Shown: positions 26,701-36,311 of the stretch, piece by piece
Numbering within the stretch: position 1 is the stretch's first letter
Layout of the letters: each line of letters begins with the position of its first letter
Source of the DNA: a virus
DNA length: 64,000 bases
Strand: one strand, 5' to 3'
IMG/VR virus record: IMGVR_UViG_3300033146_001239
Coordinates: 4,085 to 68,084 of that record
Notes under the pieces: model-generated
The model's input: the letters and a program-made list of their open reading frames with translations, nothing else
The model's database searches: none
Told to the model about the DNA's origin: nothing
Program-made: the position numbers and the translations under genes

Positions 26701-28546
26701 TACTTTGGTCAGTATCATAAATATTTAAAGTACAACCACCATCATTACCACTACAAGAAATATCATTACAATTATCATTACAATCACAACATTCACATCC
26801 TGGTGCAAAAATAGCACCTTGTGGGTTACCACCACAATTAACACCACTAGTACTAGACTGTTCACATTTCATACTTAAACACCCTAAATATTTAATTGAT
26901 GGGATTGGTTGAGATGTACTGCTGACTGGGCAAAAACTCGCACTAATACACCAATTTAAAACCGTTCCCCCACAACATCTTAAAGGGCAAAACGTATTTT
27001 GCCACCCAGTAATAAATGAACATAACCACCTTTCAATACTTAGTATTACATTATTAACAATATTCATTATCCAATTTATAACCCAAATTAAAATATTTAT
27101 AATCGGTATTATAAATTTATTTAACATTGTAACAATTATAACTAATACTGATAATAACGTCATTATTATACTAAATAATGGGTTAACATTTGTATCCATC
27201 CTACTATAAGGAAAATTTGTTTTATCATCACAACGGTCAACCTCTTTAATACCAACCCAATTACGATTATCAACACCAAAACCAATATTAGCTTGGAATC
27301 GTGGAATAAAATTTCTAATGGTATAGATTTTATTCCATTTCATTTTAAAAAAATTTCTATCACTGGTATTACTATCAAAATTATAATCAATTTCGGAATC
27401 ATCAGTTGGGTTATGTGGTACTAAATATTCAGCTTTTTCTCTAATTCTTCCCTCACCCCCAGTAACATCCATTTTAATTCTAAATCTAACTTCAGCTTCA
27501 GAAAATAAACCCTTCCTTGGGTCTTCTGATTCAACTAAATTACCAAATTCGTCAGTAACCATTGGTTTTAAATTCATTGGGACTTGGTACACCCATGTAC
27601 CATCATCATCAATAACTCGACCACCTTTAATTAACTTATATTCAACATTACCATCCTCAGTTTTTCGAATCATTTCTATATTTCCAGCACCAGTAGTTAA
27701 TTCACATAATTTACCAGTTTTCTTTCTAGCCCTACAATGTCTATTAATACTATGTTTATCCTCATCTGCGATAACACTACCCATAAAAATAGCTGATGAT
27801 TCGATACGTTCTGGAATATTATAATCAACACGATTAATTCCAACATCACAATCTTCATTTTCACCCCAAAATGGTTTAACATCAACTGATGTTGTACCTT
27901 TAATTATATGTCTTAAACTATCTAAATCGTTAGATACTTTAAATTTAGTTGGGGAATCAAATAATGTACTAACACTACCATTTACTGTTAAATCATATGG
28001 TCTACGCGTTGCAAAACCAATATCTGAAACATCAACATCTAAATGTATTGTATGTGTACCGACTGGTATACCAAATAACATAAAATCACCAGCGTTATTA
28101 GTTGTTGTCGTAAATTTATAATATTTTTTATAAATTTCCAACATAACATCATTATCTAAAACTTCTCGTTTATTTGGAAAACTACCAACTGGTAAATGAC
28201 ACTCATTTTTTCTTTTTTTAGGTAATAAATTATATCTAACACCTTTATCATTTTTATCTGTAGTATGTTCATATGGGTATAATCCAGATATTAACCCATT
28301 AGATGAATCAATTTCATCTAATGGAATAAAAATTGAAACTTTAGCATTAGGTATACCAAAACCTTCATTGGCTGTAACTCTACCAATAACAACACCATAA
28401 TCAGCACAAAATTTTCGATAAATTTCTTCTTGTGATATTCTTAATGAAAGAATATCTAAAAAATCAAATTTCTGTTCTAACTTAAATTTTAGATAATATG
28501 GTCTTTCATCTAAATTTGTACGTATCCTAATAGTTTTTTCACTCAT
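23774..28546 (-). CDS. Large virion/tail-associated protein: carboxypeptidase-regulatory-like N-domain, hydrophobic helices, Cys-rich region, C-terminal SprB-like repeats
   Basis: GVVIGRV...GIPNAKVSIF...TTNNAGDFMLFGIPVG; hydrophobic stretch FSIIMTLLSVLVIIVTML; repeats such as SCHDVGDGQVNVSVNGGVTPY, CNGNTNGSLYGSIYGGTPPY and SCHGGDNASIKVSFGGG. Confidence 0.75.
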   Translation of the reverse strand: MSEKTIRIRTNLDERPYYLKFKLEQKFDFLDILSLRISQEEIYRKFCADYGVVIGRVTANEGFGIPNAKVSIFIPLDEIDSSNGLISGLYPYEHTTDKNDKGVRYNLLPKKRKNECHLPVGSFPNKREVLDNDVMLEIYKKYYKFTTTTNNAGDFMLFGIPVGTHTIHLDVDVSDIGFATRRPYDLTVNGSVSTLFDSPTKFKVSNDLDSLRHIIKGTTSVDVKPFWGENEDCDVGINRVDYNIPERIESSAIFMGSVIADEDKHSINRHCRARKKTGKLCELTTGAGNIEMIRKTEDGNVEYKLIKGGRVIDDDGTWVYQVPMNLKPMVTDEFGNLVESEDPRKGLFSEAEVRFRIKMDVTGGEGRIREKAEYLVPHNPTDDSEIDYNFDSNTSDRNFFKMKWNKIYTIRNFIPRFQANIGFGVDNRNWVGIKEVDRCDDKTNFPYSRMDTNVNPLFSIIMTLLSVLVIIVTMLNKFIIPIINILIWVINWIMNIVNNVILSIERWLCSFITGWQNTFCPLRCCGGTVLNWCISASFCPVSSTSQPIPSIKYLGCLSMKCEQSSTSGVNCGGNPQGAIFAPGCECCDCNDNCNDISCSGNDGGCTLNIYDTDQSTDTHPVFHTKYNNSSYPPGTIDASGFKYISCVGSGLADYFEMFTFDFYNDWINGTLYYFLFKYKRKAKRRTFCDVDYTCTHNSNLFCMENHIADTSVQPQPDLVDSFQDFFGVDLHTPMAEKAWETRVISTGLIKEFDNHMYYAPYSNGHKLYATDITCLGGTYKCDVDGFPYIIDRIPTTTYNRGPLFDTTEVECVNPSTGQLQTIVTESGIIGYGGGEDGLFMNVNPLGLFVNYCQSRHIRLQSELGRNIDEEDGWSGATQNVDVNNTIGMLDTGQWNNYIDNSGPQTCDGVLDQPIPLELLNGPESQDIFDEYVRYGIRGLNTPNAAINGIFDGVVAGKMYDPGFVSINGYSAHTIFRGFNGYNYGAGDAEYGFGNNTPSPDFQPDVKGLPYNNSYYFYFGLRPSKSAINKLNTRFLTDCDYFPQNDFILEGVTTDVTLVGGNNGTLTVEILGGDEPYEYEIIGPNGFNQWLNGVNNNLLSFTNLFSGTYIITVIDSTNGSARGVFMINEPPAMVANISSINPTSFGVCNGNITVNNISGGNPPGGNYNITLSSSTAVISNQYNQFPVEFSGLCGGNYQTIISDGNVSEFYHISLITPPPMNIIVQWTNISCHDVGDGQVNVSVNGGVTPYDIHLTSASNGYDSFGSSFSNLIEGNYILEVFDNNGGTPNTIMVNGNYLTPPINSVNINMVNPNQLGMVINNNGLGLRCNGNTNGSLYGSIYGGTPPYTINYGFGPDELLGNNTYIKNNLGASPYNFIVTDDNGCTTSINQTIYQPISLQLTIDEVNHVSCHGGDNASIKVSFGGGVPESNQQIYSNYHQHNVNAYKIQLYDDGGTLIDEKIIKYNSSGIPSTNTVTFDAGILIPAGDYIVKLYDYYSVTSNWGCLIDKTVTVTEPPTLICGGYPVDSTTITLYANGGTPSYQYRVNDSGWSSWSSNPTFTVSTADTDYQCQARDANIVCTSTIITIHTPTT

Positions 28547-28548
28547 TT

Positions 28549-28833
28549 TTAATCATTTGTATCATCATCACCACAATCATCACAATCCTTTTCTTTATTA
28601 TAAGATTTACCAATTGTAATTATCCACCCAGTTATTTTATTAATAACATTTTTATCATTCATTACAATATAACCAAATAATATGGCAACTGTTAATATTA
28701 ATATTAATGGTAAAAATATCATAGAAATTAAGAATAGAAATATCCTAATAATTAAAGAAAATTTCATAAATTTAACCTCTTTATTTTCTTTTTCAGTTTT
28801 TAGTTCACTATTTTTTGAATTCTTACAAGCCAT
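28549..28833 (-). CDS. Small membrane protein
   Basis: A long hydrophobic segment, basic N-terminus and acidic Cys-containing C-terminus (DCDDCGDD). Confidence 0.6.
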   Translation of the reverse strand: MACKNSKNSELKTEKENKEVKFMKFSLIIRIFLFLISMIFLPLILILTVAILFGYIVMNDKNVINKITGWIITIGKSYNKEKDCDDCGDDDTND

Positions 28834-28881
28834 ATCATTTTATTTTTTAATAATATAGGTTAAAATAAATTAAAATCAATA

Positions 28882-29799
28882 TTATGTTCGAACTCTAATT
28901 TCTAATTCTTCTATAGTTATTGAGCATTTACTACCCTTGACCATATTTTCTCTCCACGGTATAAATTCTAAATTATTTATATTACCAATTAATTCTGGTG
29001 ATATACCTTGTTTAAAACCCTCTAATATTGAGAATTTATGGTCCAATTGTTTCGCACCATCAACACCACATAAACCTCTTTCACCATACCCAACTAACAT
29101 TTCAATTGGTTGTTTATTAGTTATTGAATTAACACTTCGCCTATATTTTTCATACTCATTTATTTTAGATAAATATTCATTATATGGTACACCTAAACCA
29201 TACTTATCTTCCGTTCTAACGACACCATGTTTATGTAACACACTATTAATTGTGGTGTATGGTACACCTATTTTTTTACTAATACTTAACATAGACGAAC
29301 CAGATTTATATAATTTTAAAATTTCATCAGTATTTGGGTTATCGTATTCATAAATATTATCTAACGATATACCATTTTCGTGTAATAAATTAATCACTGT
29401 TCTTTTACTACAACCAATTTCCCCACCAACTTCGATTGACGATAAACCACTTTGATATAATCGAATTATATCACCAACATTAAATTTAGACCCCCGTTTT
29501 TTACCAACCTTACTTTCACTAATTGACCTAGTAACACCCATTGATTTAAGTATACGTTGTGGTACTGTTGATGATACACCTAATCGATTACCAATTTCAA
29601 TTGTGGATAACCCATCTTCTAAATACAATTTTCTAATCATGGCATAACGTTTTTCTCGTTCTAATTCGGTTTTACTAACGGTTTCATTAAAAATTCTCCC
29701 ACAACTCTTACATTTATAACGTTGTACCTTATTTTTATCTTTACCATTTTTTTGTGTTTTACCACCACAGTGGATACATTTTAAATTCTCTTTTACCAT
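28882..29799 (-). CDS. Putative HNH-like homing endonuclease with IS1 InsA-like zinc ribbon and three HTH repeats
   Basis: CIHCGG..QKNGK....QRYKCKSCGR; three I..LY..G.S...I....G HTH repeats; C-terminal QLDHKFSI.EGF...I.PELIG...NL...PW.EN..KG. Confidence 0.7.
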   Translation of the reverse strand: MVKENLKCIHCGGKTQKNGKDKNKVQRYKCKSCGRIFNETVSKTELEREKRYAMIRKLYLEDGLSTIEIGNRLGVSSTVPQRILKSMGVTRSISESKVGKKRGSKFNVGDIIRLYQSGLSSIEVGGEIGCSKRTVINLLHENGISLDNIYEYDNPNTDEILKLYKSGSSMLSISKKIGVPYTTINSVLHKHGVVRTEDKYGLGVPYNEYLSKINEYEKYRRSVNSITNKQPIEMLVGYGERGLCGVDGAKQLDHKFSILEGFKQGISPELIGNINNLEFIPWRENMVKGSKCSITIEELEIRVRT

Positions 29800-29816
29800 A
29801 ATATAACCCTTTTTTT

Positions 29817-29845
29817 ATAAATAGTTAATATTTCTAAAAAGTCAA
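29817..29845 (-). promoter_or_regulatory. Phage-type promoter TTGACT-N16-TATTTAT
   Basis: Same layout as 41507-41535. Confidence 0.55.
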
Positions 29846-29862
29846 CACTTATGTGTTATTTA

Positions 29863-31689
29863 TTATGTCCGTACCTTGCAGCGAATATCTTGTGCTGGGT
29901 ATTTAACTTCAAACATAGTTGTTGGTTCACCAAAAATAGTGTGTTGACCTAATAAATCTATTTCTCTAGTTGCACTATCAACTAATGGTTGTGATATTTC
30001 ATTAGTTGAGTATTTACCAGAACCTATTTTATTAAAGAATTTTAAATCTACTACATTAAGAACACCATTTACATTATTTATATTTTCAATTAATTGACCG
30101 ATATAAATATTATCACCCATTTGAAATTTATTTTTATCTAAATATTTAGTTGTAACATTAATAACTTCGGTCACGATTTGTGTTTGGGCAAAACCTTTTT
30201 CAATAAATAAATCAATATCGACACCTAAATTAACAATTCGCCCATTATTAACTTGAACATAATCATTTAACATTCTATAATCTGAAAGATATTCAGCAAT
30301 ATTTTCTTTTAATGTATTTGTTGATTGGTTAGTTAATTTACCATTTTCATCTAACCCAATAATATAAATCGCAACTTTATTTTGATGTTCAAAAATACCA
30401 CTTCTAAATGGTGAACCAAAATCACCTGGCATCTTAGATATTAATACATTATAATCTTTAATTGTTACAGCTCTATTTTGTGATGCGAAATTATACCTTA
30501 TCAAATTTCTAATTTCATCAACTGATGGTTCATCTTTACCACCTAATGCTGGTATCTTATTAACAACACTTAATGATGTACTCACTGTGGTATTAATAGC
30601 ATTATTTGGGCCGTTTACTATAACATCAGCACTTGTAACCTTATTAAGCACAAATGGACCAATATTAGTGTCCGCACCACCACCTATTCGATATTGAACA
30701 AACATTGTATTATTAGATTGTGGGATTTCACCTAATGATAAATTATTAATGATATTACCAATCTGGTCTACACTTTGTTTTGAAATATCAAAATCACATA
30801 ATGAATCAATATCCGCCATACCAGAACCAAAAATTAATTTAGTGAAACCCATATCAGTATATTCACTAATAAATCGTTTATTAACCGAAATATAATTACC
30901 AACATCAATCGATGGGTTATCAGAAACACTAGTACCGTTTGGGTCTGAAATAAAAATCTTATCATCAACTAACGCATCAACTTCCCACCAACGATTATCC
31001 ATATCTAAAAATTGATTAATATTTGGTATTGACGTATAATTAGTCCCAGGTAGTGTAATAACTGAATTAATTGAAATTACATTATTTTCTGGTAATATAA
31101 CTTCTAAAAATGGTTTTTCATCTACAGGGTTAATAACCCTTTGATAAATTTTAGTCACACCATTCACAACAATTTCTTGTTTAGTAATATCATAAGCTGT
31201 TATGATATTATTATTATCAGTAACTGGTGTAATTATTCTATTTGGTATCCCGCCTTTTCTAAATGGTGAATTAAAATCAATATCTTCAGTAGTCTCGAAA
31301 ACTTTACCAGCACCGCTAATTTGAGCACCTTGACGCACTAATGGCGCGTATTGCCAATCTGGGTGGTCCCCGTCTACTGGTATTCTAACCGTAAATTCAG
31401 CCATTGTAACAGATGGTCGTTTACCAGGTACTTTTAACCCAAATGTTCTCGCTAATGATAAAACAGAGCGTCTTTCTTTGGCGTAATCTATTTGAGTTTC
31501 ATTAAACATTCTATCAGTATGATGAGATAATATATCACCAATACCAGCATTTAATTCAATCATCATCATACCAACAGACGCATCATTAAAGTCTGCCATA
31601 ACGTCTGGGTAATATCTTTGAGTAAAATTAATTAATTCACTTCGCATATCTGCGAAATTTCGTGCATAATACGCTAATTTCTTTGCCAT
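29863..31689 (-). CDS. Baseplate wedge subunit (T4 gp6 / baseplate J-like)
   Basis: YYARNFADMRSELI, FNDASVGMMMIEL, GGKDEPSVDEIR, FASQNRAVTIKDY. Confidence 0.88.
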   Translation of the reverse strand: MAKKLAYYARNFADMRSELINFTQRYYPDVMADFNDASVGMMMIELNAGIGDILSHHTDRMFNETQIDYAKERRSVLSLARTFGLKVPGKRPSVTMAEFTVRIPVDGDHPDWQYAPLVRQGAQISGAGKVFETTEDIDFNSPFRKGGIPNRIITPVTDNNNIITAYDITKQEIVVNGVTKIYQRVINPVDEKPFLEVILPENNVISINSVITLPGTNYTSIPNINQFLDMDNRWWEVDALVDDKIFISDPNGTSVSDNPSIDVGNYISVNKRFISEYTDMGFTKLIFGSGMADIDSLCDFDISKQSVDQIGNIINNLSLGEIPQSNNTMFVQYRIGGGADTNIGPFVLNKVTSADVIVNGPNNAINTTVSTSLSVVNKIPALGGKDEPSVDEIRNLIRYNFASQNRAVTIKDYNVLISKMPGDFGSPFRSGIFEHQNKVAIYIIGLDENGKLTNQSTNTLKENIAEYLSDYRMLNDYVQVNNGRIVNLGVDIDLFIEKGFAQTQIVTEVINVTTKYLDKNKFQMGDNIYIGQLIENINNVNGVLNVVDLKFFNKIGSGKYSTNEISQPLVDSATREIDLLGQHTIFGEPTTMFEVKYPAQDIRCKVRT

Positions 31690-31766
31690 AGTAATAATGT
31701 TTTATAATAAATATCTAACTTATTTATTTTAAAAATCAAGTCTATATTTATTATTAAACAATTTAC

Positions 31767-32240
31767 ATGAAAATAAATGAAATTTATAATATTTTAATTA
31801 CCGAAACAAAAGAAGGTATTTCTTTCATAATAGATGATAGTGATATAGAACTTTCTGATTCAACATTAATTGAAGGTGTAATTGATGGTGAAGTTTTTGG
31901 TCACATCACAATTTCATTTACAACCAACGGTTATTGGAAGTTTGAAGATGAAATGGATGAAGAGGGGTATGATGAATTATTCCCAGATGATAGTTTTGCA
32001 ACAATCGAAGTACTCGAAGTAAATGACGAGTTTAAAGGTCAAAATTTAGCTAGACCATTAATGTTGAAAGCATTGGATTATATAAAAGAAAATGGTGAGA
32101 ACGTTATTTATCTAAACGCCTCACCTATGGGTTTCACTGGATTAGGGTTATCTAATCTAGTTAATTTTTATAAATCATTTGGTTTCAGAATTATTGTTGA
32201 TGATTATTCTGGAAATAAAGAAATGATTCTATATCTTTAA
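31767..32240 (+). CDS. GNAT-family acetyltransferase
   Basis: IEVLEVNDEFKGQNLARPLM (motif A), IYLNASP, LVNFYKSFGF (motif B). Confidence 0.85.
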   Translation: MKINEIYNILITETKEGISFIIDDSDIELSDSTLIEGVIDGEVFGHITISFTTNGYWKFEDEMDEEGYDELFPDDSFATIEVLEVNDEFKGQNLARPLMLKALDYIKENGENVIYLNASPMGFTGLGLSNLVNFYKSFGFRIIVDDYSGNKEMILYL

Positions 32241-32857
32241 AAATTTTCTTCGACACTTAAAATCGCTGTAACATGCATCGCACCCACTTGTGATATAAAT
32301 TTTTGTGTCAACATTTTTTTACACTCAATCATATTAGTATAAAAACCAGACTCTGTTAATATAGCTGGACCAGCTGTTTTTGTTAAAATAGTAAACCTAG
32401 ATTCTTTATCATTATCACCATCTGATGTATCCCTTCTCATCCTAAAAAGATTAGTTTTTTCAGCATGTTTAAAAAATACATCAGCAATTGGGTCTGACGA
32501 CGTTCTACCTGGTGATGTATAAACTTCATAACCACTAGCAGATTCAACACCAGCCGCATTACCATGTATAGATATGGTCACAACTTCTTCACCAGTTTTA
32601 CTCCTAACATGATTTATTCTATTAGCTCTTTCAGTTAACCCAATATCATATTCCTCTGGATTAACAACATAATAACTAATATTATATAATTCTAACATTT
32701 CTATTATTTTTTCCCTAATTTCGCGAACATATACCCATTCGAATAATTGAGAACCATCAGCCCATACTGGACTTCGTTTACCAGGTGTATCAGAACCATG
32801 ACCAGCGTCTAATGCCCAAATATAGTTTGAATCACCAATAACTAATTTACCTTTCAT
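32237..32857 (-). CDS. N-acetylmuramoyl-L-alanine amidase (Amidase_3), probable endolysin
   Basis: LDAGHG, FEW, LTERANRIN, ISIHGNA, PAILTESGFYTN. Confidence 0.92.
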   Translation of the reverse strand: MKGKLVIGDSNYIWALDAGHGSDTPGKRSPVWADGSQLFEWVYVREIREKIIEMLELYNISYYVVNPEEYDIGLTERANRINHVRSKTGEEVVTISIHGNAAGVESASGYEVYTSPGRTSSDPIADVFFKHAEKTNLFRMRRDTSDGDNDKESRFTILTKTAGPAILTESGFYTNMIECKKMLTQKFISQVGAMHVTAILSVEENF

Positions 32858-33876
32858 ACTTTAATACCTATTAATTTTAATTCTTTATCCCATTCAGTTG
32901 TATTAGCATCAGACAACTCATCTAATTCATCTTCACCAACGCCATATAAATCCATCATATATTCAGTCATTTTCCCAGTTGTATGTGTTAAATTAAGTGT
33001 CCTATTAAATAATACTACTTGTTCCTTTATACTATATTTTTCAATATTTTCTAATTTCTCTATCCAATACTCAAATTCTTCTATTTTTTCTTCTACTTGA
33101 GGTCCGTATTGATTTAACCAATTATCGTGTAAGAAAAAACCATATAATTCACCCAAAGCTTCTACATCATTAGATATAATCGATAACCCATCAAAATAAC
33201 CTAAATCAACTAAATCATCAAACGTATATTCTTTTTCTTGTATGTACTCATAAGCTGAATCATAATCTTTAAAATTAGTATCATATTCTTCATTAAAGGT
33301 TTCAACACCATAATCATCTAATTCAGATTCCATATTACCTCTCATTTCATCAACAATATAACCCATTTGTTCTTCTAAGACCCCTTTTATATTCGGCAAC
33401 ATTTCCAAATTTTCTATAACTCTCTCAACTATTGGATATTCGGATAAACCTATTTCCCTTTTAATCATATCAACAATATATGAATACATATCTGTTGTTG
33501 AAAAACCTTCTATTGAATCATAAACCCTACTTAGACCCCATTGATACCAATCATTTACATTGTGAATATTAACCCAAAATTTAAATAACCTTATTAAAAC
33601 TTCCGATAAACTACTTAATAACAATCTAAGTTTACGCTCAATAATTTTAATAATGTTTTCACGTCTTTTCTCATTACCATGAAAACCTTTAGTTAATAAC
33701 ATACTATATTTATATTCTAATTCATATAAATACTCTAAATGTTCCTCTAATTCATCGCTATCGGTATCTTGTGGTTCAGACCACATAGATTTATCGAAAA
33801 CTTTAAATGAATTTATTTCTGGCATAGTATGCTCAGATAATAATTTTTTAATTAATTTATCTTTAATATTTTCCAT
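32854..33876 (-). CDS. Acidic hypothetical protein, possibly head-internal
   Basis: 340-aa ORF; N-terminus LIKKLLSE. Confidence 0.6.
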   Translation of the reverse strand: MENIKDKLIKKLLSEHTMPEINSFKVFDKSMWSEPQDTDSDELEEHLEYLYELEYKYSMLLTKGFHGNEKRRENIIKIIERKLRLLLSSLSEVLIRLFKFWVNIHNVNDWYQWGLSRVYDSIEGFSTTDMYSYIVDMIKREIGLSEYPIVERVIENLEMLPNIKGVLEEQMGYIVDEMRGNMESELDDYGVETFNEEYDTNFKDYDSAYEYIQEKEYTFDDLVDLGYFDGLSIISNDVEALGELYGFFLHDNWLNQYGPQVEEKIEEFEYWIEKLENIEKYSIKEQVVLFNRTLNLTHTTGKMTEYMMDLYGVGEDELDELSDANTTEWDKELKLIGIKV

Positions 33877-33882
33877 TATAGT

Positions 33883-34257
33883 TTAATTAATATCTTTCGA
33901 TTCATAAACATCGTCAGTTACAGTATAATCAATCCTAACAATCGCTGCATAAACAACATCTTCTGCTTGCTCAACCTTAACCTCATCAATTTGTAGGTTA
34001 GGCATATATCTAGTAACAACATCCTTAATTTCTTGTTTTATACTACTCAATGTTATATTATCATTTGGTTCGAAAATAAACTTAAGTAAATTTGTACCGA
34101 AATTAGGTAAATAAAATCTAGTACCCCTTTGAGTTAAAATTAAATGCATTAAATCAGCTTTAATCGCACTTTCATCAGTAGTTGTTATATCTAAATAATA
34201 ACCTTTTAGACTATCCTTAAACGGAAAATTGATATTTATACCTTTATCTTTTGCCAT
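33883..34257 (-). CDS. Baseplate gp25-like wedge protein
   Basis: GININFPF, IKADLMHLILTQRGTRFYLPNFGTNLLKFIFEPND. Confidence 0.9.
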   Translation of the reverse strand: MAKDKGININFPFKDSLKGYYLDITTTDESAIKADLMHLILTQRGTRFYLPNFGTNLLKFIFEPNDNITLSSIKQEIKDVVTRYMPNLQIDEVKVEQAEDVVYAAIVRIDYTVTDDVYESKDIN

Positions 34258-34298
34258 AATTTTATGTTAAACATTTATTTATAAATATCAATTATAAA

Positions 34299-34328
34299 AT
34301 TAAAAGAGTGGTTAACCACTCTTTTAAT
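34299..34328. terminator. Intrinsic terminator, perfect palindrome
   Basis: TTAAAAGAGTGG-TTAA-CCACTCTTTTAA immediately downstream of the RNR gene. Confidence 0.75.
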
Positions 34329-34329
34329 T

Positions 34330-36288
34330 TTAATCAGTATTAAATGTGCCAACATCGACACTAATTAGTTCATCATTGGTAACATCTACCTCACAATTCC
34401 CACTGGAGCAAGCGACTTCACCTTTAAAATTAGTAGTATCTGTTAATTCTACAACTTTAGTTAAATCTATGTTTGATAAATGTTTAAGCATTGAATTAAA
34501 TGTCTCTTCTGAAATATCTTCGAATGGGGCTTGTTTATAACTACCAGAATCATATGGTAATACTGATATACCATTAAATGTATCCCTATTTTCCCACATC
34601 CAATTACCAACATCTGGCCATTCAGTATAATCAATTTCATTCGTTATATTACCATCATTATCTCTTTTATATGTCTTCTTAATTGAAACTGTAACAGAAA
34701 CATTATGATGATTAGAACCTTTTACATGACCACCACTAATCCATTCAGTATTAAAACGTTTAACACGTTCTAATAATTCAAGTGGTGATTCATCCCTAAA
34801 TATAGCCCCATCTGGTGCTTTAACTGGTACTGAAATCACTGCTTGTTCTGTTGGTCTGAAAAATTCATCTTCGATTAATTCTGGATGATTATCAGCTAAA
34901 TATTGATAAATTGATTCATTTTTACCAACACGTATTCTTCTAATATAATATGGTGCGTGCCAAGCATGTATTCCAGATGATGACCCAACTACTAATGAAC
35001 TAGTACCCGATGGTTTTACTGATGTTGTTCTAGCCGCTGGATTAATACCTATTAAATCAGCAACTCTTATATTTTCTTTTACAACAACTTTTGACGCTTC
35101 ATTCAAGTCAAATGGTAAAACACCACCAGAGGCAATCCCAGTCATACTCACACCTAATAACGCTTCTTTTTCAGCAGTTCGTTTCCATATATCTCTTAGA
35201 TAATGAAAATCTGTATAACCAGCTTGTAACGTACCAATAAAAGATGCGGCTTTAACTAATTTATTAAGATGTTCTTGTGAATTAACAACCGTTACATCAA
35301 CTTCAGTTAAATTACAAAATCCATTAGCTTTTAATGAAATTTCAGCACATGGGTTTGTCCCAACATCTTTATCATTAGTAAAAAAAACACCTGGTTCACC
35401 AGAATTTGAAGCTTCTATTTTTCCCCATAATTCCATAAACTTAGCTTTAGTAATTTTATGTCGTAAAATAGTTGCAGAATTATTAGCACGACCACGTTGA
35501 GGGTTTAATTCCCACCAATTACCAAACTTACAAGATAACATTTCTTCATCGTCTAACGAAAATAACGAAATTAATGCAGCTCTCCTAATACCACCAGCCA
35601 AAACAGCATCCGCAATGTGACAAACAATGTCATGAGTTTCTAATGGTGTTAGTTTATCACCATCCTCTTTTTTATTTAAAATACCCTTAATATTATGGAT
35701 ACAATCTTTTAATGGTTGTGGGCCTGGTGCTTTACCGCCAGAGGTTACTAATTCAGCACCTTTCTGTCTAATATCTGAATAATCAAAGATTGGTTTAGAT
35801 GTATTCATACCAAAATAACTTTTCATTAATAATTTAATCGCATCGGCCCACCCTTCAATCGAATCTGCAACTAAATAACGTCTAGTTCTATTTAGATTAG
35901 GTTTTCTAATTTCTGGTAATTTTTCAACATGATGTTTTTGAACCGAATAACCTACACCTGTACCACCTAATAATAAAAACATTGTTTCTGAAAATGCTCT
36001 CCAATCATCAATAGGTAAATACGAACAGTTGTATAATCTATTTGGGCTTATTTCTATTGGTTTACCGCCAAATTGTAAACTACGCATTGATGGTAGAACC
36101 TCTTTATTGAAGACGTATTCGTAATTTTCCCTTATTTCTTTTTCCAGTTGTGGGTAATGTTTTATATGCATTTCCATATTTCTAGTTACGATTTCTTCCC
36201 AGGTCTCTCGTCTCTTTAATTCTGGGATATATCTTCCGTATTTCATATGTACGGTTATATCAGATAAAATTTTTCTAGATACACTCAT
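34330..36288 (-). CDS. nrdJ: Class II (adenosylcobalamin-dependent) ribonucleotide reductase, NrdJ/RTPR-like
   Basis: KVLPSMR-like EVLPSMR, YNCSY, GGTGVGYSV, GGIRRAALISL, TNPCAEI, TSVKPSGT and C-terminal ACSSGNC. No beta-subunit gene is adjacent. Confidence 0.88.
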   Translation of the reverse strand: MSVSRKILSDITVHMKYGRYIPELKRRETWEEIVTRNMEMHIKHYPQLEKEIRENYEYVFNKEVLPSMRSLQFGGKPIEISPNRLYNCSYLPIDDWRAFSETMFLLLGGTGVGYSVQKHHVEKLPEIRKPNLNRTRRYLVADSIEGWADAIKLLMKSYFGMNTSKPIFDYSDIRQKGAELVTSGGKAPGPQPLKDCIHNIKGILNKKEDGDKLTPLETHDIVCHIADAVLAGGIRRAALISLFSLDDEEMLSCKFGNWWELNPQRGRANNSATILRHKITKAKFMELWGKIEASNSGEPGVFFTNDKDVGTNPCAEISLKANGFCNLTEVDVTVVNSQEHLNKLVKAASFIGTLQAGYTDFHYLRDIWKRTAEKEALLGVSMTGIASGGVLPFDLNEASKVVVKENIRVADLIGINPAARTTSVKPSGTSSLVVGSSSGIHAWHAPYYIRRIRVGKNESIYQYLADNHPELIEDEFFRPTEQAVISVPVKAPDGAIFRDESPLELLERVKRFNTEWISGGHVKGSNHHNVSVTVSIKKTYKRDNDGNITNEIDYTEWPDVGNWMWENRDTFNGISVLPYDSGSYKQAPFEDISEETFNSMLKHLSNIDLTKVVELTDTTNFKGEVACSSGNCEVDVTNDELISVDVGTFNTD

Positions 36289-36311
36289 TTACTTTTCTTC
36301 TTTTTTAATTG

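Noticed and set aside
28882-29799. IS1/IS1595 insertion sequence
   Set aside because: Only the zinc ribbon resembles a transposase. No DDE domain, terminal inverted repeats or target duplication were seen.
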